Shown here: positions 27,570-39,727 of the stretch, piece by piece
How the letters are laid out: every line of letters begins with the position of its first letter
Position numbering within the stretch: the stretch's first letter is position 1
DNA from: Vicugna vicugna
Lineage: Eukaryota
DNA length: 64,000 nucleotides
Direction: 5' to 3'
Assembly: GCA_013265495.1 (NCBI GenBank)
Contig: MU057951.1
Location: 93,118-157,117, forward strand
The notes under the pieces: model-generated
Databases searched by the model: none
What the model saw: only the letters and a program-made list of their open reading frames with translations
What the model was told of the DNA's origin: nothing
Program-made: the position numbers and the translations under genes

Positions 27570-27867
27570 CAATGAAGTATAGTTGATGTACAGTATTACA
27601 TAAGTTTCAGGTGTACAAAATAGTGATTCACAATGTTTAAAGGTTATATTCCATATATAGTTATTACAAAATACTGAACATATTCCTTGAGTTGTACAAT
27701 GCATCCTGGTTGCTTATTCATTTTACACTCAGTAGACTGTACCAATTAAACCTCTATGTCTGTCTTGCCCTCCTTCCTTCTCCCCACTGGTAATGACTAG
27801 TTTGTTCTCTGTATATGTGAGTCTGCTCCTTTTTTGTTACATTCACTTTATAAAAAAACTTTTTGGA
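27570..27867 (-). mobile_element. Older L1 3' end that is the target of the intact L1; continues at 35066-35190
   Basis: gaagtatagttgatgtacagtattacataagtttcaggtgtacaaaatagtgattcaca. It resumes after the insertion as ttacgcatat...ttatttcacttagaatac. Confidence 0.75.
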
Positions 27868-29636
27868 ATTCCGGGCAAGATGGCGGAGTAGAAGGACGCT
27901 TGCAAGTCACACTCTCCCACAAATACACCAAGACCCACATCTACAGACCCACTCAGACAACCAGAGCACCTGCGGAACTCTGAAAGAACATCGCCCTCTT
28001 CAAAAGATAAAGACGCCAAAAATCTGGTAGGAGAAAAGGAAAAAGAAAGAACAAAAGGCAAAGCAGCGTGGGACGGGTCCCGCGGGGAGGGAGCGGCAAA
28101 GGAGGACTGGCGCTCGCTCGCTGGGTCTCCCCTCTCCAACTGAGAGGCCAGCGGGAAGGAGGGGGAGCCTCCGAGGCTCGGATCTGTACAGAGCAGCCCT
28201 TGTCTGACAGAACTAAGTTAAACGGGCACAGAGCGTCCCCCCGACACCCAGCCTGAGANNNNNNNNNNNNNNNNNNNNNNNNNNNNNNNNNNNNNNNNNN
28301 NNNNNNNNNNNNNNNNNNNNNNNNNNNNNNNNNNNNNNNNNNNNNNNNNNNNNNNNNNNNNNNNNNNNNNNNNNNNNNNNNNNNNNNNNNNNNNNNNNNN
28401 NNNNNNNNNNNNNNNNNNNNNNNNNNNNNAAAGTTGATGTCGGGGGAAGGGTGCATAACCCCATCTCTGAAAACCCGCGGAAACTTTTCAGGGGAAGAGG
28501 GGCGGGGCCGAGGCAGAGCCGCCATATTCTCTGGCGCTTAGCACCCAGGCGGGGGCAGAGACAAAACCTGCGTCCGCACTGAAGGGCTTTGCAGCCTCAA
28601 GGGCCAGACTGAGACAGGCCTACAGCCCTGGGCAGATAAGATCCTTGCATTTTGGTCCCCCAGAGAACTTGCTCCACAAAGACAAACAAGCAGCTGGGTC
28701 TTGGCTCCGAGCAGGGAGGAGGCTGCCCCTCGGTCTTCCCCGAGCCCACCCGCGGAGCGCGACCAGGGCGGAGCGCCGATCAGGGCGGAGCGCGACCAGG
28801 GGGGAGCGCCGGCGCAGAACGCAAAGCCGCACAGAGCAGCGGAGCTACCGGCGGCGCAGGCAGGGGGAGAGCGGCCCCCCGCCTGTCGGGCAGGAACACA
28901 ACCCCTGACCGAGGTGCTGGGAAGGGACACGACCCGCCCTCCTGCCTGGCCAGTCTGCAACATCTGACTGCGGCATACGGAGGGGCAGTGACCCGCCAGC
29001 CCGCAGCAGAAGAGAGCTGCATCTGACCCCGGGTTAGGAGGAGGCGCGATCTGCTTGCCAACAGGTGCTGGGAGCAGCACAGAAGAACCTATGAAAATGA
29101 GCTTCCAAAACAGGACGAAGACAGAAGGACATCACAATAAAAGCACACACACTCCAGGAGAACACCGACAACCCCTTTTTTGTTTTGTTTAGTTTTTTTT
29201 GTTTGTTTTGTTTTTTTGTTTTTGTTTTTGTTTTTTTATCTGTTTTTACCTGTTCTATTTTCTATTACTCTCTTAATTTTTACTTTTTAATTCATTTCTA
29301 TTTCTCTTGGGTTTTGATGTCCTGTTATTGATTAGACACAGGCTTCAAACACATATATTCATCTCCCCACCCACTTTTTTTTAAAGGTTTTAAAAGGACG
29401 TCCCCACCCGATTAATACTCTGCTTCAACCCGCTATTCTATTATTCATTATACACTGTTTTCAAAGCCTCTTTCTCCCTTTTTTTAAAAATCTTTCTCTC
29501 TCTCTTATATTTTTCTCTTTTTTTCTTTTTTCTTTTTTTTTCCTAAGTTCTATTCCTAAATAGGCATTAGATAGATAAAATCCTTAAGATCCAAAATAGA
29601 CAACTGATACTCCATAAGCCACAGTGCCAGAGAGGT
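27868..29636 (+). promoter_or_regulatory. L1 5'UTR internal Pol II promoter (CpG-rich, 5' YY1 motif, GC boxes)
   Basis: CAAGATGGCGG YY1-type motif at 27876-27886, multiple GGGCGG, many retained CpGs up to about 29080. N-gap 28259-28429. Confidence 0.85.
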
Positions 29637-30539
29637 ATGAGCAAGATGAAGAAGCAGAGAAACCTTTCCCAATTAAAAGAACAAGAGAAATCCCCTGAAA
29701 GAAAGATCAATGAAATAGACATCGATAGCCTACTATATCAAGATTTCAAAAAAGGAGTGATCAATTTGCTGAAGGAATTAAAAGAGATAATGCTTAGAGA
29801 AATAAAATATGTCAAAAATGAAATTGAAGCTATAAAGAAGAGCCAAGCAAAATGGGAAAACTCATTGACAGAGATGAGGAATGATCTAAAAGCGGTGCAA
29901 AGCCGACTAGTTAATGCAGAGGAACGAATTAGTGATCTAGAAGACAGGGCAACAGAAAGCACCCATTCAGAAGAACTACAAGATAAGCAAATAAAAAATA
30001 ATGATAATAGCATAAGGGACCTATGGGATAATATAAAGCATCCCAATCTTCGCATAATAGGGGTCCCAGAAGGGGAAGAAGGATCAAAGGGGATTGAAAA
30101 GGTTTTTGAAGAAATCATGACTGAAAACTTCCCAAACTTAAAGAAGGAATCAGATATCCAAGTACAGGAAGCTCAGAGGGTCCCAAACAGGAAGAACCCA
30201 AATAGACCCACACCAAGACATATCATAATCAAGATGGCCAGAGTCAAGGATAAAGAAATGATTCTAAAGGCAGCAAGAGAAAAGCAAAGAGTGAACTACA
30301 AGGGAACCCCCATAAGGCTCTCAGCTGATTTCTCTACACAAACACTACAGGCCAGAAGGGAGTGGCAAGATATATTCAAAGCCCTGAATGAAAAAAAGAT
30401 GCAGCCTAGGATACTTTATCCAGCAAGGCTATCCTTTAGGATAGAAGGAGAAATAAAGAGTTTCACAGACAAAAAAAAGCTGCAGGAGTTTAGCAACACT
30501 AAACCCATGCTAAAAGAAATATTGAAAGGGCTATTCTAA
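29637..30539 (+). CDS. L1 ORF1p, RNA-binding nucleic-acid chaperone, 300 aa
   Basis: Coiled coil (LVNAEERISDLED), RRM (NLRIIGVPEGEE, ENFPNL, PRHIIIK), C-terminal motifs REKQ, QARREW, YPARLSF. Confidence 0.97.
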   Translation: MSKMKKQRNLSQLKEQEKSPERKINEIDIDSLLYQDFKKGVINLLKELKEIMLREIKYVKNEIEAIKKSQAKWENSLTEMRNDLKAVQSRLVNAEERISDLEDRATESTHSEELQDKQIKNNDNSIRDLWDNIKHPNLRIIGVPEGEEGSKGIEKVFEEIMTENFPNLKKESDIQVQEAQRVPNRKNPNRPTPRHIIIKMARVKDKEMILKAAREKQRVNYKGTPIRLSADFSTQTLQARREWQDIFKALNEKKMQPRILYPARLSFRIEGEIKSFTDKKKLQEFSNTKPMLKEILKGLF

Positions 30540-30936
30540 ATAGAAAAGCAGCAGGATGCTACAGAAATGAGAAACGTACAACTGGAAAGGTGATAACTCA
30601 TGAATTACAAATAAAGAAAACACGAAATTATAAAAGAAGACATACAAATCACTGAGAGTGGGAGAGGGAGGCAGGGAAATATAGAATTTTTTTTCTTTCT
30701 TTTTTAAATTTTTTTAACAGTAGGATGGGTTTGAGATCATGTTATTATCAGTTTATTAAAAACGGGTATAGGTTAATAGATTTACAAAAAAGGGTAACCA
30801 CAAGTCAAAAATTTACAAGGGAGTCACAAAAATTAAATAAAATCCATGATAATACAAAGGAAAATTACCAAACCACAAAAGGAAGAAGAAAGGAACAAAG
30901 AGGATATACCAATTCAACTGCAAAGATAAGTTCAAA

Positions 30937-33900
30937 ATGGCAATAAACACACATCTATCATTAATTACTGTAAATGTTAATGGACTAAATGCTCCAGTCA
31001 AAAGACATAGAGTGGCAGACTGGATAATAAAGCAAGAACCTTCAATATGCTGCATACAAGAGACCCACTTTAGGGAGAAGGACACATATAGATTGAGAGT
31101 GAAAGGATGGAAAAGGATATTCCATGCAAATGGAAAAGCCAAAAAAGCAGGTGTTGCAGTACTGATTTCAGACAAAATAGACTTTAAAACAAAGGCCATA
31201 AAGAAAGATAAAGAAGGACATTTTATAATGATTAAAGGAGTGATACAAGATGAAGATATTACACTCGTTAATATATATGCACCCAATATAGGAGCACCTA
31301 AGTACATACAAGAATTACTAACAGAGATAAAGGGGGATATTGATGGGAATACAATCATAGTTGGAGATTTTAACACTGCATTAACATCACTAGACAGATC
31401 TTCCAGACAGAAAATAAACAAGGCAACAGAGAAATTAAATACTACAATAGAAAAACTAGATTTGGTGGATATTTTCAGAGCTTTACACCCCCAAAAAATA
31501 GAATATACATTCTTTTCAAGTGCACATGGAACATTTTCCAGGATCGATCATGTACTTGGACACAAAAGAAACCTCAACAAATTTAAGAAGATAGAAATTA
31601 TCTCAAGCATCTTTACTGACCACAATGCCATGAAACTGGAAATCAACAACAGAGAAACAAAGGAGAAAAAAAGAAAAGCATGGAGATTAAACAATATGTT
31701 ATTGAAAAAACAATGGATCAATGAGGAAATCAAAGCTGAAATTAAAAAATACCTTGAGACAAATGATAATGAAAGCACAACCACTCAAAACCTATGGGAC
31801 ACAGCAAAGGCAGTGCTAAGAGGGAAGTTTATAGCGATACAGGCCTTCCTCAAAAAAGAAGAACAATCTCAAATAAACAAGTTAACCCACCACCTGAATC
31901 AATTAGAAAAAGAAGAACAAAAAGCCCCAAAAAGCAGCAGAAGGAAGGAAATAATAAAGATCAGAGAGGAATTAAATACAATAGAGATTAACAAGACCAT
32001 AGAAAAAATCAACCAAACCAAAAGCTGGTTTTTTGAAAAAGTAAATAAAATCGACAAACCTCTGGCCAAACTCACAAAGAAGAAAAAAGAGAGAGCACAA
32101 ATTAGCAAAATAAGAAAGGAAAATGGAGAAATTACAACAAACAAAATAGAAATACAGAATATCATACGAGAATATTATGAAAAACTATATGGAACCAAAC
32201 TGGATAACCTAGAGGAGATGGACAAGTTTCTGGAAACATACTGTCCACCAAAACTGAATCAAGAAGAAACTGAACACTTGAACAATCCGATCACTAGAAA
32301 GGAAATAGAAATAGCAATTAAAAACCTCCCTACAAATAAAAGTCCAGGACCGGATGGCTTCACCGGGGAATTCTACCAAACATACAAAGAAGAACTCATA
32401 CCAGTCCTTCTCAAACTCTTCCAGACGATTGAAAAGGAGGGAATACTCCCAAACTCATTCTATGAAGCCACCATCACCCTGATACCAAAACCAGGCAAAG
32501 ACACTACAAAAAAAGAGAATTATAGGCCAATATCACTGATGAACATAGACGCCAAAATCCTCACCAAAATTTTAGCAAATAGAATCCAACAACACATAAA
32601 AAAGATTATACATCATGACCAAGTGGGGTTCATCCCAGGGACACAAGGCTGGTTCAACATACGCAAATCAATCAATGTAATACATCACATCAACAAGAGA
32701 AAGGACAAAAACCACATGATCATCTCAATCGATGCAGAAAAAGCATTTGATAAAATTCAACACCCATTTATGATAAAAACTCTCGCCAAAGTGGGTATAG
32801 AGGGAACATATCTCAACATAATAAAAGCTATATATGACAAACCTACAGCCAGCATAGTTCTCAACGGTGAAAAACTCAAAAGCTTCCCACTAAAATCTGG
32901 GACAAGACAAGGATGCCCACTATCACCACTCCTATTCAACATAGTCCTGGAAGTCCTAGCCACAGCAATCAGGCAAGAGAAAGAAATAAAAGGGATCCAA
33001 ATTGGAAAAGAAGAGGTAAAAGTGTCATTATATGCTGACGACATGTTACTATATATAGAAAACCCTAAAAGGTCCACAAAAAAGCTACTAGAGCTGATCG
33101 AAGAATTCAGCAAGGTAGCAGGTTACAAAATTAATGTTCAAAAATCAGTTGCCTTTCTTTACACTAACGATAAATCAACAGAAAAAGAAAGTAAAGAAAC
33201 AATCCCCTTTAAAATAGCACCCAAAGTAATAAAATATCTGGGAATAAATCTAACCAAGGAGGTGAAAGAATTATACACAGAAAACTATAAACCATTGATG
33301 AAGGAAATTAAAGAAGACTTTAAAAAATGGAAAGATATTCCATGCTCTTGGATTGGAAGAATCAATATTGTTAAAATGGTCACACTGCCCAAGGCAATCT
33401 ACAGATTTAATGCAATCCCTATCCAATTACCCAGGACATATTTCACAGAACTAGAACAAATCATAATAAAATTTATATGGAACCATCAAAGACCTAGAAT
33501 TGCTAAAGCATTACTGAAGAGAAAGAAAGAGGCTGGAGGAATAACTCTCCCAGACTTCAGACAATACTATAGAGCTACAGTCATCAAGACAGCATGGTAT
33601 TGGTACCAAAACAGACATATAGACCAATGGAACAGAATAGAGAGCCCAGAAATGAACCCACAAACTTTTGGTCAACTCATCTTCGACAAAGGAGGCAAGA
33701 ATATACAATGGAATAAAGACAGTCTCTTCAGCAAATGGTGTTGGGAAAACTGGACAGCAGCATGTAAAACAATGAAGCTAGAACACACCCTTACACCATA
33801 TACAAAAATCAACTCAAAATGGATTAAAGACTTAAACATAAGACAAGATACAATAAACCTCCTAGAGGAAAACATAGGCAAAACATTATCTGACATACAT

Positions 33901-34734
33901 TTCAAAAATTTTCTCCTAGAAGAAATAAAAGCAAGAATAAACAAATGGGACCTAATGAAACTTACAAGCTTCTGCAGAGCAAAGGAAACCAGAAATAAAA
34001 CAAGAAGAAAACCTACGGAATGGGAGAAAATTTTTGCAAGTGAAACCGACAAAGGCTTGATCTCCAAAATATATAAGCAGCTCATACGACTCAATAAGAA
34101 AAAAATAAACAACCCAATCCAAAAATGGGCAGAAGACCTAAACAAGCAATTCTCCAAGGAAGACATACAAATGATCAAAAAGCACATGAAAAAATGTTCA
34201 ATATCACTAATTATCAGAGAAATGCAAATCAAAACTACAATGAGGTATCACCTCACACCAGTCAGAATGGCCGTCATTCAAAAATCCAAAAATGACAAAT
34301 GCTGGAGAGGCTGTGGAGAAAGGGGAACCCTCCTACACTGCTGGTGGGAATGCAGTTTGGTGCAGCCACTATGGAAAACAGTGTGGAGATTCCTCAAAAG
34401 ACTAGGAATAGACTTACCATATGACCCAGGAATCCCACTCCTGGGCTTGTACCCAGAAGGAAATCTACTTCAGGATGACACCTGCACCCCAATGTTCATA
34501 GCAGCACTATTTACAATAGCCAAAACATGGAAACAGCCTAAATGTCCATCAACAGGTGACTGGATAAAGAAGATGTGGTATATTTATACAATGGAATACT
34601 ACTCAGCCATAAAAACCGACAACATAATGCCATTTGCAGCAACATGGATGCTCCTAGAGAATGTCATTCTAAGTGAAGTAAGCCAGAAAGAGAAAGAAAA
34701 ATACCATATGAGATCGCTCATATGTGGAATCTAA
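30937..34734 (+). CDS. L1 ORF2p, APE endonuclease plus reverse transcriptase plus Cys-rich C-terminus, 1265 aa
   Basis: [31 protein letters not shown]-like [41 protein letters not shown]-terminal CWRGC..HCWWEC. No internal stops. Confidence 0.98.
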   Translation: MAINTHLSLITVNVNGLNAPVKRHRVADWIIKQEPSICCIQETHFREKDTYRLRVKGWKRIFHANGKAKKAGVAVLISDKIDFKTKAIKKDKEGHFIMIKGVIQDEDITLVNIYAPNIGAPKYIQELLTEIKGDIDGNTIIVGDFNTALTSLDRSSRQKINKATEKLNTTIEKLDLVDIFRALHPQKIEYTFFSSAHGTFSRIDHVLGHKRNLNKFKKIEIISSIFTDHNAMKLEINNRETKEKKRKAWRLNNMLLKKQWINEEIKAEIKKYLETNDNESTTTQNLWDTAKAVLRGKFIAIQAFLKKEEQSQINKLTHHLNQLEKEEQKAPKSSRRKEIIKIREELNTIEINKTIEKINQTKSWFFEKVNKIDKPLAKLTKKKKERAQISKIRKENGEITTNKIEIQNIIREYYEKLYGTKLDNLEEMDKFLETYCPPKLNQEETEHLNNPITRKEIEIAIKNLPTNKSPGPDGFTGEFYQTYKEELIPVLLKLFQTIEKEGILPNSFYEATITLIPKPGKDTTKKENYRPISLMNIDAKILTKILANRIQQHIKKIIHHDQVGFIPGTQGWFNIRKSINVIHHINKRKDKNHMIISIDAEKAFDKIQHPFMIKTLAKVGIEGTYLNIIKAIYDKPTASIVLNGEKLKSFPLKSGTRQGCPLSPLLFNIVLEVLATAIRQEKEIKGIQIGKEEVKVSLYADDMLLYIENPKRSTKKLLELIEEFSKVAGYKINVQKSVAFLYTNDKSTEKESKETIPFKIAPKVIKYLGINLTKEVKELYTENYKPLMKEIKEDFKKWKDIPCSWIGRINIVKMVTLPKAIYRFNAIPIQLPRTYFTELEQIIIKFIWNHQRPRIAKALLKRKKEAGGITLPDFRQYYRATVIKTAWYWYQNRHIDQWNRIESPEMNPQTFGQLIFDKGGKNIQWNKDSLFSKWCWENWTAACKTMKLEHTLTPYTKINSKWIKDLNIRQDTINLLEENIGKTLSDIHFKNFLLEEIKARINKWDLMKLTSFCRAKETRNKTRRKPTEWEKIFASETDKGLISKIYKQLIRLNKKKINNPIQKWAEDLNKQFSKEDIQMIKKHMKKCSISLIIREMQIKTTMRYHLTPVRMAVIQKSKNDKCWRGCGERGTLLHCWWECSLVQPLWKTVWRFLKRLGIDLPYDPGIPLLGLYPEGNLLQDDTCTPMFIAALFTIAKTWKQPKCPSTGDWIKKMWYIYTMEYYSAIKTDNIMPFAATWMLLENVILSEVSQKEKEKYHMRSLICGI

Positions 34735-35347
34735 AAAACAAAAACAAACAAACAAACAAAAACAAAGCATAAATACAGGACAGAAATAGACTCATGGACA
34801 GAGAATACAGACTTGTGGTTACCAGGGGGGTAGAGGGTGGGAAGGGATAGACTGGGATTTCAAAATTGTAGAATAGATAAACAAGATTACACTGTATAGC
34901 ACAGGGAAATATACACAAAATGTTATGATAAATCACAGAGAAAAAAATGTGACAATGAGTGTGTATATGTCCATGAATGACTGAAAAATTGTGCTGAACA
35001 CTGGAATTTGACACAACACTGTAAAATGATTATGAATCAATAAAATATGTAAAAAAAATTTTGGATTACGCATATTACTTTATTGTATTTGTTAAATTAC
35101 ACATATATATGACATTATGAAATTTTTGTCTTTCTCTTACTTATTTCACTTAGAATACCCTCCATGTCCATCCATGTTGTTGCAAATGTTTGGCATCTGT
35201 TTTGTTTTGGTTTTTTTCTTTTTGTTTTTTCTTTTTGTAGTGGGTTTTACTGGCTTTTTTATCAAATTTATGTTGGTTTCATAAAATCATTTTGGAAATG
35301 TTCCATCTTGCTTAATTTTTGGAAGAGTCTGAGATGAATTCTATTAA

Positions 35348-35445
35348 TTTCTTCTCCTTCTCCTCCTCCTTCTCCTTCTTCTTCTGTGTCTTCTCCTTCT
35401 CCTTCTACTTCTCCTCCTCCTTCTCCTTCCTCTTCCTCTTCTTCT
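35348..35445. repeat. Polypyrimidine (CTT/CTC)n low-complexity tract
   Basis: ttcttctccttctcctcctccttctccttcttcttc... Confidence 0.9.
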
Positions 35446-36049
35446 GTTGTTGTAATGTAATAGTTACTTTTCTGAAATGGATCTGCAGTTCTGCTTGTCC
35501 ATGTTTTTCAGACTTTAAAGCACCCATACAGCTTTCACTTACCTTAGGGGAGAACAGAGGAATAATAAAATATCTTCACTTTTGCAATTTAATTTTCCTT
35601 TAAGAATCCATTCCAGAGACAGAAAATATTCCAATGCAGCTTTTGGAGGAAGAAACATAAATGAATGAATTTGAATGAATTAAGCTCTATAGACATACTT
35701 TTTTACATATAATATCATCTCTTTATTATGATACAGTATCAACTAACACTTGCTTTTTTCCCTTGGAAGGAGTTGAATTGGACCTTATGATTATGAAAGA
35801 AATGCTCCACCGTCTCAGACCACACATTCAAGAGATTTATATCTAGTCTAAAGAGAAAACTGACCTCATAAAGGGAAGTTGTGTTCATCTCTTCTAATTT
35901 ATGAATACATTACCTGAACACTTCCAAATTCAGTAACTACAGTCAAATTTCATGGAAGAGAAATTATTGCACTACTATCTTCCCCAATTAGTATTTTTTT
36001 CTAATTCTAAGTTCTGCTGTCATAAAACATTTTAACAATCCTGTTCTTG

Positions 36050-36630
36050 ACATGTTTGATAGAATTCACCAGTGAAACTATCTGGTCTTGAGCTTTTACT
36101 TTTTGTTAAATTTTTATTTTTATTAGTGATGAAATCTTATTCATTATTGGTCAGCTAAGATTTTCTATTTCCTTATGATTCAGTCTTGGAAGGTTGTATA
36201 TTTCTAAGAATTTATTATTTTTTCTATGGTATCCAATTTGTTGGTGTATAATTGTTCATAGTAGTATCCTACAATCTTTTTTATTTATGTGACTTCTGTT
36301 GTAATGTCTCCTCTTTTATTTCTGATTTTATTTACTTGAGTCTTTTCCCAGTTGGTCTAGATAAGGGAATTTCAATTTTGTTTACCTTTTCATAAAAACT
36401 AACTCTTAGTCTTATTGATTTTTTTCTATTCTCTTTTTGATTTATTTCTGCCCTAGTCTTTGCTATTTTCTTCCTACTGCTACTCTTATTTTTTTGTAAT
36501 ATCTTGATGCATAAAATTAGGTGATTAAAAATATTTTTCCCTTTTTTGTGTGGGTTTTTATGACTATAAACATCCACCTTAGTACTGCTTTTGCTGCATT
36601 CTGTAAGTTTTGTTATGTAAGTTTCCCAAA
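36050..36630 (-). mobile_element. Old L1 ORF2 fragment
   Basis: gatagaattcaccagtgaaactatctggtcttgagctttt. ORF 36332..36652 FYEKVNKIEIPLSR. Confidence 0.75.
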
Positions 36631-36969
36631 TCTTTCTTGTTACTGTGCACACATAGTCAGAGTGTGTTCTGTCACCAGAGAATGTGTTCAGTCACCTGAG
36701 AATCTTCTGATCTCTGACTAAATCTATAGTTTAAACAAAAAGTTGATTCTCAATACTTCAGATTCAGTGTTATCCTAAGGAACATCACTGTGAGGAAGGA
36801 ATTACCTAGCAATTCATCAGTGCAAAGAACAAAATAACATTATAACAGGGTAGCATTTACAAAAACTTTACTGTGATACATTATAACACGGGAGAAATTA
36901 ATTCTTACAGGAAACATTTATATGCACTTTGTGGCTGAAAATTTTGCTTCTACAAAAATTAAAAAACAT

Positions 36970-37197
36970 TTATTACTAAGAGAAAGAGGGTGAGAAAGGA
37001 TAAATTTGGGAGTTTGAGATTTGCAAATGTTAATCACTCTCTATATATAAATAGATAAAAAACAAATTTCTTCTGTATAGCACAGGAAACTGTATGCAGT
37101 AGCTTGTGATAACTTTTAATGAAAAAGAATATGAAAACCAGAAATTGACACATTGCAACTGACTATACTTCAATTTTTTAAAAGTTAAAAAATAAAG
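36970..37197 (+). mobile_element. Short L1 3'UTR copy
   Basis: ggataaatttgggagtttgagatttgcaaatgttaatcact...gcaactgactatacttcaat, the reverse complement of the 3' ends at 6.7-7.3 kb. Confidence 0.8.
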
Positions 37198-38862
37198 CAA
37201 TTCTTCCAAGGCCTTAAACATAATATTTTGTTTGTTTGCTTCATTCAATGTGTATTAGTGTGGTGAAGAAAGCCTGCATCTCTCAGGATTAGATTCAGGT
37301 ATGTGAAATATAGAACACTTAAATAGTCACTTAAACAGAGAGAGTTTCAGTCTTTTATGTAAAAAAAAAAACTGGTAATGGGAAGTCCACATTATTCCTA
37401 AAAATTAATAGGTATCCAGTTTCTTTTCAGCTTCATGATCCCTAATCCTTATAAGGATTCTCCCTAATCTTAATACATACAATATAAAAATCTTAATACT
37501 GCGAAATATAGAACTAAATTTCTTCATATATTTTCCCTTAATTTCATACATAAACAACTTGCTTTCTAAATTATATTGTAAGGTCATTGAGGTAAGGAAT
37601 CATATTTTATGATCTCTTAGTACCTTCTTGTACATATTTACACAGGCTTATCATAGGACTGTTTTGTGCCTAATTTCAGTATCAAGTACAGAATATAAAC
37701 TTAGAAAATATATTTTGAATAAAATTAGATATGAGACAACTGAGAAATAATTTATCTTACGAAGTAATTTTTTGATATCAGCTGTAATCCCGCTAACCAG
37801 GTGTTTGAATAATCTGAATCTCCTTCTGGACCCAACTTTATAGCAAAAGTTACAAAAAAATAATTAAAAGGACTTCCTTTAGTTTTTCTTCACCAAAATA
37901 TTATGTCCTCTAGATTCGATAGACATTAATCAATTCACAGAGTTCTACTAGTGAACAAATACATTGTAACTGGCATAAAATAACTGAATTCTTAGCCTAA
38001 ACTAAGGATTATTATGTTTTAAACAAAGACATCAAATTATGCTACTGGAACATGCAGTTTTCCTCTATATGATAAGCTCAGAGATTAACAAAACATCATT
38101 GTGTTCTTGATTGTTATCAAATTTTTTTTCTGAAGAACAATTTATGCTTACCATTCAGTTAATCATGCAATGTTGTTATCATGAACAGCATTTCCTGACT
38201 ATATTGGTGAATCTAGATATTAGTATATGGTCATAAATATTTTGATTAATATCTGGATAATCTGATGCCTTTTCAACTAATTTTGAATGCTGTTTTAATA
38301 TAGAGTTCTAAAAATTACTTCTGAGTAAAGCTGATATTTTCATGGGGTTTTATCTTTGAAAATTTAAAAAATGTATCCTAATAAAAAAGTTTTTAACTTA
38401 AAGCTGTATAGCTCTTCCTCATGCATAACCCACCTGTCTTCACTGTAATAGTGGTATGCTGTCACTGAATGTTGGAAGTAATTAAAATTGTAAAGTAGAA
38501 AAGAAGTTATGGAATGCCTTCTTTGTATAGTAGAGTAGAACAGTGGAGCAAGTGAACTTAACCTTGTTTAGAACACTGTTTTTGAAAACTCTAAGGATTG
38601 GGACATATTTGATCTCATTCAAAGTTTCCTTTCTTCTAAGTTACCCTTTAAAAAATTTATCTATCCCCTTTTTTGTTTTCCTGTAGTTTATATATTTTTC
38701 AAATGCAATTGAAAGGGACTTTTCATTACAAAATTACAATGAGGTACTATTCTATAGTGTCCTTTAATCATAAGTTGAAATTCCATTAGGGAAGAAATAC
38801 TTTCTCAATTGCTTTAATTTGCATTTCATACCTGGCTCTAGAAACAAATGTTTCCCAATGAT

Positions 38863-39060
38863 CCCTGGGTCCCAATCCTGGTTTCACTACATAGTATCCA
38901 TATAACTTTGGGCTGGTTACTTAAACTTTTTGCCTCAGTTTCTTTTAAAATTTGGCATACAATGATATCTACCTCCCTATGTTTTTGCACCATCTAAATT
39001 AGTTAAGACACGCAAAATAGAACAATACCTGTCACATAAAGTGGTACTTAATAAAGCTGT
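38863..39060 (+). mobile_element. MIR SINE relic
   Basis: ctgggtcccaatcctggtttcactac...aactttgggctggttacttaaactttttgcctcagtttc...tagaacaatacctgtcacataaagtggtacttaataaa (CORE-SINE pattern). Confidence 0.7.
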
Positions 39061-39094
39061 TTGAAAATATTCTGGCTTTCTCTTTCTAAGTCAT

Positions 39095-39381
39095 CTCTTG
39101 CCCTCTTGAAGTTATATGCAGCCATGAGACTTGTTCTGATAAATTAAAGGTGAACAGAGTGACATGTGTCACAGGAGGACAGATAATTTAAGAGCTAATT
39201 CAAAGTTTAACACATTATTTTTCCTCTGCCAAGGAGACTAACAATGTTCCTGATGGTGGCTGATTTTTCAAACTCACAGTAAACATACAGTGTGTCAGGC
39301 GATAAATCATTGTGGTTTTGAGATATTACGTTTTAGGGGTGCTTGTTATCACAGGACAACCTAACTATTATGACTAATACA
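39095..39381 (+). mobile_element. Old MaLR LTR relic (MLT1-type)
   Basis: gcagccatgagacttgttctg...agtgacatgtgtcac...gataaatcattgtggtttt...ttgttatcacaggacaacctaactattatgactaataca. Confidence 0.6.
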
Positions 39382-39727
39382 TATGTAAAGTTTTCAATCA
39401 AATAAAACAGTCAATGAATGTTATGACTGTATTCTTGTTAATGTATTGTAACTAATACGTACATAATGTAATTAATGAATGGGTTCATTCATTCACTTGT
39501 TTATTCAAACTCTTTATGCTTTAGTAGATTATTTAAGCACTTGAGAATTTTTTAAATACAATATTGCCATGTTAATTATAATAAAAATATGTGCCTCTGT
39601 TTTACTCTACACTCATTCAAAATTTATTTTTTCTTAACAGAATTTACATTCCTATGCTGTAATTTTCCTAGAGTTTTCATATGCTTATCACAGCTCCATT
39701 TGCCCTACATATTATGTATTTCATACT

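Larger units (their letters stand above)
27868..35058 (+). mobile_element. Full-length young L1 with both ORFs open
   Basis: Starts ATTCCGGGCAAGATGGCGG (same start as the copy at 61959). Has a CpG-rich 5'UTR, ORF1, a 397-nt spacer, ORF2, 3'UTR and AATAAA at 35039-35044. Imperfect TSD AAAAAAACTTTTTGGA (27852-27867) / AAAAAAAATTTTGGA (35051-35065). Confidence 0.97.

Noticed and set aside
28538..29080. Many overlapping Ala/Gly/Pro/Arg-rich ORFs in the 5'UTRs (also 59.6-60.7 kb and 61.8-63.3 kb)
   Set aside because: Expected from stop-codon scarcity in GC-rich DNA, and frames differ between copies. Only the Kozak-context antisense ATG was kept as a candidate.
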